Source: Halorarum halobium (lineage in GTDB: Archaea; Halobacteriota; Halobacteria; Halobacteriales; Haloferacaceae). Taken from it: a stretch of 64,000 nucleotides of DNA. A program made the position numbers and the translations under genes. The notes under the pieces were generated by a model. The model saw only the letters and a program-made list of their open reading frames with translations. It had not been told where the DNA came from and ran no database searches. Positions 1 through 10,485 of the stretch are shown in pieces; positions within the stretch are counted from its first letter, which is position 1, and each line of letters starts with the position of its first letter. The stretch is from the NCBI RefSeq assembly GCF_032116555.1, contig NZ_CP134949.1, positions 2,232,001 through 2,296,000 of the forward strand. The letters run 5' to 3'.

Positions 1-405
1 GGCCTCGAGTACGACCGGACGACCGTCACGGCCGTTGACGCGAACGGCACGGAACTCGACACGATCGACGTCCGCGTGGCCGACACCTACTGGAAGCGCT
101 ACACCGGCCTGAGTGACGCCGACCGACTCCCCGACGGCGAGGGGATGTTGTTCGTCCACCCCGGCGGCGGCGAGCACGCCTACGTGATGCGCGGGATGGC
201 GTTCCCGCTGGACATCGTCTTCGTCGCCGCCGACGGCACCGTCACGCGCGTCCATCACGCGGAGCTCCCGCCGGCCGGCACGAGCGGCGGCGACCTCACG
301 CGCTATCGCGGCACGGGAACGTACGTTCTCGAGGTGCCGTACGGCTACACGAACGAGACGGGCATCGACGCCGGCGACCGCATCGTCATCGGGGGCGAGT
401 ACTGA
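1..405 (+). CDS. DUF192 family protein (5'-truncated by window edge)
   Basis: Frame open from position 1; motifs VADT...RYTGLS...GMLFV...MRGMAFPLDIVF...YVLEV typical of DUF192. Confidence 0.85.
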   Translation, partial: GLEYDRTTVTAVDANGTELDTIDVRVADTYWKRYTGLSDADRLPDGEGMLFVHPGGGEHAYVMRGMAFPLDIVFVAADGTVTRVHHAELPPAGTSGGDLTRYRGTGTYVLEVPYGYTNETGIDAGDRIVIGGEY

Positions 406-472
406 GCCCGAAGCCGGCCCGTTTCGATTCGAAGCGAACCCTTTAGGGCGGCGGCTTCTTCCAGTCTGACCA

Positions 473-2440
473 ATGAGTCACCCCGCCGAGGAGGACGACC
501 CCTTCGAGGACGTCCGTGAGCGCACGGACAACGCGATGCGCCGCCTCTTCCAGGAGTACGGACGGGAAAACTGGTACCAGTTCACCGTCGGGCTCGTCGC
601 CAGCGTCTTCGCCCGGGTGCTCGACCTCTTCCCGCCGCTCGTGCTCGGCGTCGCCATCGACGCGCTGTTCAACCCCGAGACGGACATCTCCTACGCGGAG
701 GCCACCGCCGACCTGCTCCCCGGAATCACGCCGGCGATGCTCGCCGGGGTCATTCCGGCCGGCAGGCAGGGCCAGTTCGAACTCTCCATCGCGCTCATCG
801 CGCTCGGCTTCTTCGGCGGGGCGGCGTTCCACTGGTCGCGCAACTGGGGGTGGAACTCGTTCGCCCAGAACATCCAGCACAGCATCCGCGTCGACACGTA
901 CAACAAGATGCAGCGGCTGAACATGGACTTCTTCGCCGACAAGCAGACCGGCGAGATGATGTCGATCCTCTCGAACGACGTGAACCGGCTCGAACGGTTC
1001 CTCAACGACGGGATGAACTCCTTCTTCCGGCTCTCGGTGATGGTCGTCGCCATCGCGGTCATCCTCTTCTCGCTCAACTGGCAGCTGGCCCTGGTCGCGC
1101 TCGTCCCGGTCCCGCTCATCGCCTTCTTCACCTGGAAGTTCATCGAGACCATCCAGCCGAAGTACGCCGACGTCCGCTCGTCGGTCGGCGCGATGAACTC
1201 CCGGCTGGAGAACAACCTCGGCGGCATCCAGGTCATCAAGACGTTCAACACGGAGAACTTCGAGTCCGACCGCGTCGACGACGTGTCGATGGACTACTTC
1301 GACGCGAACTGGGACGCCATCGAGACGCGCATCAAGTTCTTCCCGGGCCTGCGGGTCATCGCCGGCATCGGCTTCGTGCTGACGTTCCTCGTCGGCGGCC
1401 TCTGGGTGTTCTCGGGCCCGCCATGGTTCTTCACGGGCACGCTCGAACTCGGCCAGTTCGTCATCTTCATCACGCTCACCCAGCGGTTCATCTGGCCGAT
1501 GGCGCAGTTCGGGCAGATCATCAACATGTACCAGCGGGCCCGCGCGTCCTCCTCGCGCATCTTCGGGCTGATGGACGAGCCCTCCCGCATCACCGAGGAT
1601 CCCGACGCCGAGGAACTGGTCGTCGGGGACGGCGACGTCGTCTACGACGACGTCACGTTCGGCTACGACGAGGCCGAGACCATCATCGAGGACGTGAGCT
1701 TCGACGTCGAGGGCGGCGAGACGCTCGCGCTCGTCGGTCCGACCGGCGCGGGCAAGTCCACGGTCCTGAAGCTCCTCCTCCGGATGTACGACGTGAACGA
1801 GGGCTCGATCACCATCGACGGGCAGGACCTCCGGGACGTCACCATCCCGAGCCTCCGCCGGCAGGTCGGCTACGTGAGCCAGGAGACGTTCATGTTCTAC
1901 GGCACGGTGAAGGACAACATCGCCTACGGCACGTTCGACGCCGACGACGAGGCGATCGTCGAGGCAGCGAAGGCCGCCGAGGCCCACGAGTTCATCCGGA
2001 ACCTGCCCGACGGTTACGACACCGAGATCGGCGAGCGCGGCGTGAAGCTCTCGGGCGGCCAGCGCCAGCGGCTCTCCATCGCCCGCGCGGTCCTGAAGGA
2101 CCCCGAAATCCTCATCCTCGACGAGGCGACCTCCGACGTCGACACGGAGACGGAGATGCTCATCCAGCGCTCGCTCGACCAGCTCACCGAGGATCGGACG
2201 ACGTTCGCCATCGCACACCGGCTCTCCACCATCCGTGACGCCGAGCAGATCCTGGTGCTGGAGGACGGTCGCGTCGCCGAGCGCGGGCGACACGAGGAAC
2301 TGCTCGAGGCTGACGGTCTCTACGCCCACCTCTGGGGCGTCCAGGCCGGCGAGATCGACGAGCTCCCACAGGAGTTCATCGACCGCGCGGCCCGCCGCGC
2401 CTCCCGCACGGAGGCCGGCGGGGAGGCCAACGACGACTGA
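473..2440 (+). CDS. ABC exporter, fused permease/ATPase (MsbA/MdlB-like)
   Basis: N-terminal TM helices, Walker A GPTGAGKS, signature LSGGQRQR, Walker B ILILDEATS. Confidence 0.95.
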   Translation: MSHPAEEDDPFEDVRERTDNAMRRLFQEYGRENWYQFTVGLVASVFARVLDLFPPLVLGVAIDALFNPETDISYAEATADLLPGITPAMLAGVIPAGRQGQFELSIALIALGFFGGAAFHWSRNWGWNSFAQNIQHSIRVDTYNKMQRLNMDFFADKQTGEMMSILSNDVNRLERFLNDGMNSFFRLSVMVVAIAVILFSLNWQLALVALVPVPLIAFFTWKFIETIQPKYADVRSSVGAMNSRLENNLGGIQVIKTFNTENFESDRVDDVSMDYFDANWDAIETRIKFFPGLRVIAGIGFVLTFLVGGLWVFSGPPWFFTGTLELGQFVIFITLTQRFIWPMAQFGQIINMYQRARASSSRIFGLMDEPSRITEDPDAEELVVGDGDVVYDDVTFGYDEAETIIEDVSFDVEGGETLALVGPTGAGKSTVLKLLLRMYDVNEGSITIDGQDLRDVTIPSLRRQVGYVSQETFMFYGTVKDNIAYGTFDADDEAIVEAAKAAEAHEFIRNLPDGYDTEIGERGVKLSGGQRQRLSIARAVLKDPEILILDEATSDVDTETEMLIQRSLDQLTEDRTTFAIAHRLSTIRDAEQILVLEDGRVAERGRHEELLEADGLYAHLWGVQAGEIDELPQEFIDRAARRASRTEAGGEANDD

Positions 2441-2642
2441 CCCCGCGAAGCCTTTTATTCGAAGACGGTGCCAGCGCCCGCAATGTGCTGACAGCCACGG
2501 CGCGTCGGGAAGCGGTTGCGCGGCCCGACGACGCGCCACGTCAGCCGAGAGCGCGGCCGCCTGTTCGCAACGAGGGAATCCGCGATAGCGTCCGCTCCGG
2601 GTTCCGGACCTTCTAAGTCTCGGTCCGCCGTCGATCCACGCG

Positions 2643-3872
2643 ATGGTCGACTTCCGCACGCTCGATGACCTCCCCGCCGAGCAGCGCGTCCTCGCCCGCC
2701 TCGACCTCAACTCCCCGGTCGAGGACGGGCGAGTGCAGGGCAATCGCCGGTTCGACCGCCACGCGACCACCGTCGCCGAACTCGCCGATGCCGGCCACCG
2801 CGTGGCGCTCATGGCCCACCAGGGGCGTCCGGGGAGGGACACGTTCGTCTCACTCGAACGACACGCCGAGATCCTCGCCGAGCACGCCGGCGTCGACGTC
2901 GACTTCGTCCCGGACACGTTCGGGGACGAGGCGCTCGCGGCCGTCCGCGAGATCGAGGGGGGCGACGTGCTCCTCCTCGAGAACGTCAGGATGGCCGACG
3001 ACGAACTTCCGGAGAAGGAGCCCGAGGAACACGCCGCGAGCGAGTTCGTCGAGACGCTCGCGCCGGCGTTCGATGCCTACGTGAACGACGCCTACTCGGC
3101 GGCCCACCGGAAGCACGCATCGCTGGTCGGCTTCCCGCTCCGCCTGCCCAGCTACGCGGGGCGGGTGATGGAGACCGAGTACGAGGCGAACACCGCCATC
3201 GCCGAGCGGGAATTCGACGGCGACGTGACGATGGTCGTCGGCGGGACGAAGGCGACCGACGTGATCGGCGTGATGGAGGCGCTCGACGAAACGGTCGACA
3301 CGTTCTGTCTCGGCGGGGTCGCCGGCGAACTGTTCCTGCGCGCGGCCGGCTACCCGGTCGGGACCGACGTTGAGACGGACCTGTTCGGCGAGCAGTGGGC
3401 CGAAAACGAGGACACGGTCCACGAGGTGCTCGACGAGCGGAGCGAACAGATCCGGCTGGCCTCTGATCTCGCGTACGAGGGCGATGACGGCGAACGCGTC
3501 GAGGCCGCCGTCGAGGACATCGACGAGAAGACACGCGCGTTCCTCGACGTCGGCTCGGAAACGGTGGCGACGTACGACTCGATCGTCCGCGACTCGGCGG
3601 CCGTGTTCGTGAAGGGTGCGCTCGGCGTCTTCGAGGACGAGCGCTTCAGCGACGGCACCGTCGGGGTCCTCCGCGCCATCGCCGAGACTGACTGCTTCTC
3701 GGTCGTCGGCGGGGGCGACACCTCCCGGGCCATCGGGATGTACGGGCTGGACGAGGCCGACTTCTCGCACGTCTCGATCGCCGGCGGCGCGTACATCCGC
3801 GCGCTGACCGGCGAACCCTTACCGGCCGTTGAGCTACTGGAACGGAACGCGGCCGGCGAGTTCGACGGCTGA
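2643..3872 (+). CDS. pgk: Phosphoglycerate kinase
   Basis: RLDLNSP, AHQGRPG, LLENVR, YVNDAYSAAHR, GGGDT, HVSIAGGA motifs. Confidence 0.97.
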   Translation: MVDFRTLDDLPAEQRVLARLDLNSPVEDGRVQGNRRFDRHATTVAELADAGHRVALMAHQGRPGRDTFVSLERHAEILAEHAGVDVDFVPDTFGDEALAAVREIEGGDVLLLENVRMADDELPEKEPEEHAASEFVETLAPAFDAYVNDAYSAAHRKHASLVGFPLRLPSYAGRVMETEYEANTAIAEREFDGDVTMVVGGTKATDVIGVMEALDETVDTFCLGGVAGELFLRAAGYPVGTDVETDLFGEQWAENEDTVHEVLDERSEQIRLASDLAYEGDDGERVEAAVEDIDEKTRAFLDVGSETVATYDSIVRDSAAVFVKGALGVFEDERFSDGTVGVLRAIAETDCFSVVGGGDTSRAIGMYGLDEADFSHVSIAGGAYIRALTGEPLPAVELLERNAAGEFDG

Positions 3873-3922
3873 TCGGGTCGGCGTCACGCGGCTTCTTGTG
3901 CGTGGGAACCGAACGCCGGGAC

Positions 3923-4411
3923 ATGAAGGTCGGCGTCGTCTCCGACACGCACGACAACGCTCGCTACGTCGAGTCGGCGGTGCAACTGTTCGAGGGTACG
4001 GCCGACGCCGTCGTCCACTGTGGCGACGTGATCGCTCCGTTCTCGGCGACGCCGTTCGACGCCGGCTTCGAGTTTCACGCCGTCCGCGGCAACAACGACG
4101 GCGAGTGGGCGCTCGCGGACGCGATCGACTCGTTCGGCACGTACTTGGGCGAGATGGGCGAGCTGACGTTCGACGGGGTCGAATTCGCCGTCCATCACGG
4201 AACGAGCGAGCCGATCGTCGACGCCCTGATCGACTGCGGTCGCTACGACTACGTGGTGCGCGGTCACACCCACGAGCGCGTCCACGAGGAGCGGGACGGG
4301 ACCGTCCACCTCAACCCGGGCGGCGTCCCGATCCCGGGGAGCGAGGAGGAACCGGCAGGGGTCCTCGTCAACACCGGAACTGGAGACGTCAGGTTCGAAG
4401 AACTGGGGTAG
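3923..4411 (+). CDS. YfcE/MJ0936-family metallophosphoesterase
   Basis: SDTH, HCGD, GNND, HHG, GHTH, NPG motifs; ATG at 3923. Confidence 0.92.
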   Translation: MKVGVVSDTHDNARYVESAVQLFEGTADAVVHCGDVIAPFSATPFDAGFEFHAVRGNNDGEWALADAIDSFGTYLGEMGELTFDGVEFAVHHGTSEPIVDALIDCGRYDYVVRGHTHERVHEERDGTVHLNPGGVPIPGSEEEPAGVLVNTGTGDVRFEELG

Positions 4412-4446
4412 CGTCCCCGAACGATCAGCCGCTCCGCATCCGGGAC

Positions 4447-5520
4447 TCAGTCGTCGGCCTCGCGGGGCACGACGCGCCGCCGCGCGCCGCGAAACAGCGA
4501 CTCCAGACCGACGCCGAGCGTCTCGTCGGTCGTCGCCACGCTCGTCTCCCGGTCCTCGCGGCCGAGCAGCGCCCGGACCGCGTCGATGTTCTCGGGGATG
4601 ACGTCCGACTCCTGGTGGATCGACTGGAACAGGTAGAGGTCGCTCCCCTCCGTCGAGACGGACTCCTCCCAGATGCAGTTCTCCCAGAGGTCCCCCCGCG
4701 GACGGCCGGTGTCCTGGGCGAACTCCTTCAGCTTGCCCGTGCCGTCGATGCCGGCCTCCTCGGGCACGAGGAACAGGCGCGACTCGTCCGAGAGGAGGTT
4801 CCGGACGTCCGCCGCGGAGGGCTCGGCGTCGAGGGTGACGTTCACGGAGTGGAGGTGCATCAGGGTCGCGGGCACCTTCACGCCGAGCGTGTCGATGTCG
4901 ACATCGGGGAAGATGGTGTTCACGTCGGGGCCGTGGTGGGAGGGGACGGTGACCGGGTCCGGGAGGATGTCGTTGATGGGGCCGCGGGAGGTCTGTCCGG
5001 GGTCTCCCCCACGTCGGACGAGCGTGACGCGCGCCTTCTCGACGCCGTACGCCTCCCTGAGCGGGGCGAGCAGCCGGGAGAGCCCGGTCGTGTTGCAGGA
5101 GACGACGCGAACGTACTCGACCTCGTCGGCGGCCGCGGCCTCGTAGTTGGCGCGCGCGACGAAGCTGGCGTCGGCGACGTCCGGGTCCTCGCCGCCCTGG
5201 AACGTCGCGGGCGTGTCGTAGCGCTCGTACAGTTCTCGGTTCTGTTCGCCGACGCCGGAGGGCGTCGTGTCGACCACCACGTCGGCCTTCATCACCATGT
5301 CCTCCACCTCGCCGGCCAGGTCGATGCCGGCATCGTGAAAGCGGTCCGCGCGGTCGGGGATGGCGGCGTAGAGCGGGTACCCCTTCCGAACCGCGGTCTC
5401 GGCCTCGTAGTTCGGGCGGGTCTTGGCGACCCCTGCGAGTTCCATGTCGGGTTGGGCGGCTACCGCGTCGGCGACGCGCTTGCCGATGGTGCCGTAGCCG
5501 TTGACGCCCACCTGAATCAT
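4447..5520 (-). CDS. gap: Archaeal-type (type II) glyceraldehyde-3-phosphate dehydrogenase
   Basis: [23 protein letters not shown] catalytic motif, [20 protein letters not shown]. Confidence 0.96.
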   Translation of the reverse strand: MIQVGVNGYGTIGKRVADAVAAQPDMELAGVAKTRPNYEAETAVRKGYPLYAAIPDRADRFHDAGIDLAGEVEDMVMKADVVVDTTPSGVGEQNRELYERYDTPATFQGGEDPDVADASFVARANYEAAAADEVEYVRVVSCNTTGLSRLLAPLREAYGVEKARVTLVRRGGDPGQTSRGPINDILPDPVTVPSHHGPDVNTIFPDVDIDTLGVKVPATLMHLHSVNVTLDAEPSAADVRNLLSDESRLFLVPEEAGIDGTGKLKEFAQDTGRPRGDLWENCIWEESVSTEGSDLYLFQSIHQESDVIPENIDAVRALLGREDRETSVATTDETLGVGLESLFRGARRRVVPREADD

Positions 5521-5702
5521 CGTCCGAACATCCCCCGTCGCCGGGGTTAATCGTTACGGAGGCAACCCCAAGAAAACAACTACAGAGCGAGTAAGACGGC
5601 CGATTATCCGGTCGCTTCCGTCCGCGTCCGTCGGACGCTCGACCGGCCTCCGCGTCGTCGCCTTTGGCAAGACCTAACGTCGGGCCAACCGACGTTCCGG
5701 CC

Positions 5703-6653
5703 ATGGACGAGGACCTTCGCGCGGCGGCGGAAACGGCCATCCACCAGTGTCTCGCGCTCGGGAGCGACGAGTCGCTCGCGGTCGTCACCGACGACCGGCG
5801 CGAGGCGATCGGCGAGGCGCTGTACGAGGTCGGCAGCGAGGTGACCGACGACGCGAGCGTCGTGCGGTATCCGCCCGGCGAACAGCACGGCGCGGAGCCG
5901 CCCGCGCCCGTGGCTGCGGCGATGCGCGACGCGGACTCGTTCCTCGCGCCGACGACGAAGAGCCTGAGCCACACCCGCGCGCGCGGCGCGGCAACGGACG
6001 CCGGCGCGCGCGGCGCGACGCTGCCGGGCATCACGCGCGAGGTGTTCCTCACCGGACTCGACGCCGATTACGACGACATCGCGGCCCACTGTGCCGACGT
6101 GCGCGAGCAGGTCGAGGACGCCGACGAGGTTCGCGTCATGACGGCGGCCGGCACGGACATCACGTTCGAGCCCGGCTCCCGCGAGTGGCGCTCGGACACC
6201 GGCGACGTGAGCGCGGCCGGATCGTTCTCGAACCTCCCCGCGGGCGAGGTGTTCGTCAGCCCGGAGACCGCGAACGGGACGTACGTGGTCGACGGGACGA
6301 TGATGCCGTACGGGCTGCTGGAGGAGGGACGGGAACTCCGCTTCGAGGTCGAGGACGGCCTCGTCACCGACATCTCGGACGACGAGGTTCGCGGCCAGGT
6401 CGAGGCGGCAGCCGAGGAGGTCGGCGAGGACGCGTACAACCTCGCCGAACTCGGGGTCGGGACGAACGTCGGCGTGACCGAGCTGGTGGGATCGGTCCTG
6501 CTCGACGAGAAGGCGGCCGGGACCGTCCACATCGCCATCGGGGACGACGCCGGCATCGGGGGCGACGTCGAGGCGCCGCTCCACCTCGACGGCATCGTCC
6601 GGGATCCGACCGTCCGCGCCGACGGCGAGGTGGTCGACCTCCCTCGGCCGTAG
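5703..6653 (+). CDS. M29-family aminopeptidase
   Basis: NLPAGEVF, AELGVGTN, LLDEKAAGTVHIAIG, HLDG motifs. Confidence 0.9.
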   Translation: MDEDLRAAAETAIHQCLALGSDESLAVVTDDRREAIGEALYEVGSEVTDDASVVRYPPGEQHGAEPPAPVAAAMRDADSFLAPTTKSLSHTRARGAATDAGARGATLPGITREVFLTGLDADYDDIAAHCADVREQVEDADEVRVMTAAGTDITFEPGSREWRSDTGDVSAAGSFSNLPAGEVFVSPETANGTYVVDGTMMPYGLLEEGRELRFEVEDGLVTDISDDEVRGQVEAAAEEVGEDAYNLAELGVGTNVGVTELVGSVLLDEKAAGTVHIAIGDDAGIGGDVEAPLHLDGIVRDPTVRADGEVVDLPRP

Positions 6654-6696
6654 CGTCGGGGAGCCACCCGTCGAACCCCGGAAGAACTGTCGAGTC

Positions 6697-7128
6697 TCAG
6701 CCAGCCGTCGAGTGGCGACGTTCGAGCGCTCCCACGAACACGAGTTTCAGCGCCGTCGAAACCGCCGCGGCGACGATCGCTCTGCCCGGCCGCCGCCGGT
6801 AGGCGGACAGGAGCGCGTAGCCGAACGCCGCGGAGTTGAGTGCGTTGAGCCGCGTCCACCCGCCGGGATCGATCCCCTCGCGGAGCCACGCCCGTTCGGC
6901 GTCGACGACGCGGGTCATCCACGCGAGGTCGGCGTCCCGATCCACCGGCGGGAACGCGACCAGATTGACGAGCGTGAAGCCGAGCGCCAGCGCGAGCAGG
7001 CGGCGGTCGCGCGCGTAGACCGCCCAGAGCAGCAACGGGGTCGCGAGGAAGCGCGACCAGCCGCTCAGCGGGTTCGCGTGGCGCTCCCAGAACCAGTCGG
7101 CGTCGGCGAGGCGGCCGGCGAGGGACAT
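6697..7128 (-). CDS. Small membrane protein (DUF6653-like)
   Basis: WERHANPLSGWSR motif, hydrophobic segments. Confidence 0.75.
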   Translation of the reverse strand: MSLAGRLADADWFWERHANPLSGWSRFLATPLLLWAVYARDRRLLALALGFTLVNLVAFPPVDRDADLAWMTRVVDAERAWLREGIDPGGWTRLNALNSAAFGYALLSAYRRRPGRAIVAAAVSTALKLVFVGALERRHSTAG

Positions 7129-7155
7129 ACGCGGGCTACGTATCCCGCACCTATC

Positions 7156-7800
7156 TCAGTTGCGCGCCGGCGAGCCATCTGGTGGGGGAACGTCGACCGG
7201 ACAGCCCCGAATCTCGCCGCCGCGGAGCCCCTCCGCGAGCCAGTAGAGCGAGAGGCCGAGCGGGACGAGCGCGAGCAGGGTGAACTCCAGCCCCTCCAGC
7301 GGGAAGAACAGGAGCAGCCCCGACCCGCCCGCCAGCGACAGGACGCCGACCAGGACGGCCGACCCGCACGCGGCACAGCCGGCGCCGAGCGCGCCGAGCA
7401 GGACCCCCACGGTCCCGCCGGCGCTTCCGGCACCTCCCTCTCGCAGCGAGAGCCCGTGTTCCCGGAGGTGGTAGGCGACGACGGCGACGGCGACGCCGAC
7501 GAGCACGGCGACCGCGAGGAGGAACAGCCCCGCGACCGGACCGTAGCCGGTGCTGACGAACGGGTACTGCTCGGCCAGGATGGTGAGCCGCGCGTCGAGC
7601 GGGAGCGACCCGCCGAGTACGGTGTCCCGGATCAGCGCGACGTTCTGGGAGAGCACGAACCCGGAGAGCGCGAGCGCCGCCGCGACGAGCGCGCCGACCG
7701 CGTAGGTGGGGATGCCGAGGACGAGCCTGACGGTCCGTGCGACCAGCCTGGCGTCCCGGCGCGAGCGCGGCAGTCGGGGGAGGAGGCGGCGGACGCTCAC
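7156..7800 (-). CDS. Membrane protein with GCAAC (CxxC) motif
   Basis: GTG at 7800 overlaps the upstream TGA; about 4 TM segments; LGAGCAACGS. Confidence 0.8.
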   Translation of the reverse strand: MSVRRLLPRLPRSRRDARLVARTVRLVLGIPTYAVGALVAAALALSGFVLSQNVALIRDTVLGGSLPLDARLTILAEQYPFVSTGYGPVAGLFLLAVAVLVGVAVAVVAYHLREHGLSLREGGAGSAGGTVGVLLGALGAGCAACGSAVLVGVLSLAGGSGLLLFFPLEGLEFTLLALVPLGLSLYWLAEGLRGGEIRGCPVDVPPPDGSPARN

Positions 7801-8485
7801 AGCTCCAGGGCGGCGGCGACGGTGTCGTAGCTCACGACGCCGGACGCGACGGTGTGGTACGTCCCGTCGCGGAACATGTATAGCGTCGGCGTGCGGTCCG
7901 CGCCGGCGGCCTCGCCCGCGTCCAGGTCGGCCTGCACGGCGTCGTCGTACGCCTCGGCCTCCGCGTCGGCGACGACCGCGTCGGCGTCGAGGTCGGTGTT
8001 GGCGTCGAGCCAGTCGCGCGTCCGGTCGAGGACGTTGTCGCCGTCGAAGTCGTCCTGCCGGGCGAAGTAGTGGTCGAACAGCCCCCAGAAGGCGTCGGCC
8101 TCTCGGGCGTACGTCGCCTCCAGCGCCTGTGTCGCCGGTTCTCCCCACGGGTAGATGATCGGGTAGGTGCGGACGACGAAGCGGAGCCGGCCGTCCGCGA
8201 GCGGGCCGTCGCGGAGCCGACTGCCGGTCTGGCGTTCGAAGCGCCGGCAGGTCGGACAGGAGGGGTCCTCGAAGGCCACGACGGTCGCCGACGCGTCGGA
8301 CCCGCCGAGGGAGGGCTGCTCGGCGAGCCCCCGGCTCGCCGGGTGGGTGTCGAGCGACCGTGGCGTCTCGGTGGCGTCGCCTTCCCGACCCCGTTCCGCG
8401 TCCCGCCGCCCACGCTCCCGAGACAGCCCACAGTCGTCGCACTCGCACCGAGCGCCGCGAGCACGTCCCGGCGCGTCCTCGTCAT
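7797..8485 (-). pseudogene. DsbA/thioredoxin-like Tat lipoprotein, apparently frameshifted near 8380-8410 (real or sequencing error)
   Basis: Signal MTRTRRDVLAALG...VGC from ATG 8485 is in a different frame from the FEDPSCPTC...TPT thioredoxin domain. Confidence 0.8.
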
Positions 8486-8623
8486 ACCGTCGACGACGGG
8501 ACGTGGTGGCAGGGGGTTTTCGCGGTCGGGCGCGATTCGCGCACGGTCGTTCGTTGACTCGTTTCGGTGGCCCTCCGGCACCGCCGTCAAAACGCCAAAG
8601 TCCCACGTCTCGAACGGGTACGC

Positions 8624-9415
8624 ATGACCGACGGCATCCGACAGGGGTTCATGGTCGGCAACGGCGCGGACCCGGAGCGGTGTTTCCGCCTGGCCGACGA
8701 GGTCGGGTTCGACTTCTTGGAACTGAACACCGACCACCAGTTCGACCGGTCGCGCGTGGACGCGGGCGAACTCCGAACGCTCGCGGACGACCACGGCCTC
8801 GACCTGGTCTGTCACCTGCCGTACCGGCTCGACGCCTGCTCGCCGCGCGAGCACGTTCGAACGGGCGGCGTCCGGGAACTGGAGGCCGCGGTCGACCACG
8901 CCGCCGCGATGGGTGCCGAGACGGGCGTGTTCCACCTCCAGACGCTCGTGAACGACGGGAAGTGGACGGCTGAGGAGGTTCGACCCGCGATGTACGAGAC
9001 GGCCGCCCACCTGACCGCCCATGGACGGGATCGAGGGGTCGAGGTCGTCGCGGAGAACCTGAAGTCGGCCTTCTTCGACGCGGGCGACTTTCCCGACCTG
9101 TTCGTCGAAACCGATGCGTCGGCGTGTCTCGACACGGGCCACGCGTTCGTCACGGGGCATGACGGCGCCGAGCAGGCGGCCCTGATCCGCGAGCACGGCG
9201 ACCGGATCAGTCACGTGCATCTCAACGACACCCGCATCGAGGAGGACGACGAGCACCTGCCGGTCGGGATGGGGCGGATCGATTTCGGGGCGATCGCGGA
9301 CGCGATGCGTGACTCCGGCTGGACGGGGACCTGCACGCACGAGCTGTTCACGTTCGACCGGTCGTACGCCGTCGCCGGGAAGGAGCGGTTCGATTCGATG
9401 CTATCCGGCGTCTGA
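8624..9415 (+). CDS. Sugar phosphate isomerase/epimerase (xylose isomerase-like TIM barrel)
   Basis: AEN, CLDTGHA, HVHLND, DEHLPVGMG motifs. Confidence 0.88.
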   Translation: MTDGIRQGFMVGNGADPERCFRLADEVGFDFLELNTDHQFDRSRVDAGELRTLADDHGLDLVCHLPYRLDACSPREHVRTGGVRELEAAVDHAAAMGAETGVFHLQTLVNDGKWTAEEVRPAMYETAAHLTAHGRDRGVEVVAENLKSAFFDAGDFPDLFVETDASACLDTGHAFVTGHDGAEQAALIREHGDRISHVHLNDTRIEEDDEHLPVGMGRIDFGAIADAMRDSGWTGTCTHELFTFDRSYAVAGKERFDSMLSGV

Positions 9416-9595
9416 CCGGCGAGATGCCGGGCCCCGTTTCAGTGGCGGGTCCCCGGACGTTCGCGTACCGATCCGTTCACACGGCGTTGCGTCGTGTGGC
9501 GTCCGCCTCGAAAGTCCCGCCGTGCTCGGCGCTCGGGCCGTCACGCCGACCGGAGGCGACCGGGTCCCGAGGACCGATCGGGACCCGGACCCTCC

Positions 9596-10438
9596 TCACC
9601 CGAGGTGATCGACGAGCTGATCGCAGTACGCCGCCGACCGGTCGTGGGTGACCCAGTGGTACGCATCCGCCAGGGCCACGACCGCTCCGTCGCCGGAAGT
9701 CGCCTCGACCAGCCGCTCGGCCTGCGACACCGGCTGGAGCACGTCGTCGCCGCCCCAGAGACACAGCAGGTCCGCGGTGATCTCCCCGTAGTCGATCTCG
9801 GTCGTGTGGTTCGTGTTGGTCGAGACCGCCGCGCGGGCGAGCGCGCGCCGGCCGCCCTCCCGCTCCCACGGGGCCTTCATCCCCGCGAGCCACTCGGGGT
9901 CGGCCTCGTCGTAGGCGCCGTCGGCGAACAGGAACTCGAGCTGCTCGTCCAGCTCCTCGTCGTCCCAGCCCTCCACCGTGCCCGGGACGCCCAGCGAGTT
10001 GATGAACTCGACCGGCCAGGAGTCGAAGCAGGCGGCGTTCGAGAGCACCAGCTTCCCCACCGAATTTGGCCGGGCGGCCGCGTAGCGGAGCGCCACCGCG
10101 CCGCCGACGTCGTGGGCGACGAAGTCGACGTCCTCGACGCCGCGTTCGGCGAGAAAGTCCGCCAGCGCGACCGTCTGTGCGCGCACCGAGCGGTCGAAGC
10201 CGTCCCGGTTGGCCGAGTTGCCGTAGCCCACGAGGTCCGGCGCGATGACCCGGCGGTGCTCGGCCAGCGCCGGGGCGGCGTCCCGCCAGAGGAACGACCA
10301 CGTCGGGATGCCGTGGAGGAACACGACCGGCGGGCCGTCGTGTTCGGAGCCGTCCTCGTAGACGGCGTACCGGAGGTCGTGCCCGTCGACCGTGACGGTC
10401 GTCTCCCGCTGCGTCTCGGTCCAGTCGTGATGGTCCAT
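9596..10438 (-). CDS. Alpha/beta-fold hydrolase
   Basis: FLHGIPT, PDLVGYG, AHDVGG (Asp nucleophile), C-terminal AYHW. Confidence 0.92.
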   Translation of the reverse strand: MDHHDWTETQRETTVTVDGHDLRYAVYEDGSEHDGPPVVFLHGIPTWSFLWRDAAPALAEHRRVIAPDLVGYGNSANRDGFDRSVRAQTVALADFLAERGVEDVDFVAHDVGGAVALRYAAARPNSVGKLVLSNAACFDSWPVEFINSLGVPGTVEGWDDEELDEQLEFLFADGAYDEADPEWLAGMKAPWEREGGRRALARAAVSTNTNHTTEIDYGEITADLLCLWGGDDVLQPVSQAERLVEATSGDGAVVALADAYHWVTHDRSAAYCDQLVDHLG

Positions 10439-10485
10439 ATCGAACCATCAGGGGCACGGGGCTTTAGCCCGGCGCCGCTCGGCGT

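Noticed and set aside
443..2917. Long antisense or alternate-frame ORFs (e.g. 443-2917 -, 32185-34842 +, the 5' part of 50749-53526 -)
   Set aside because: Shadows of real genes caused by high GC and codon bias; Arg/Pro-rich or mirror composition with no motifs
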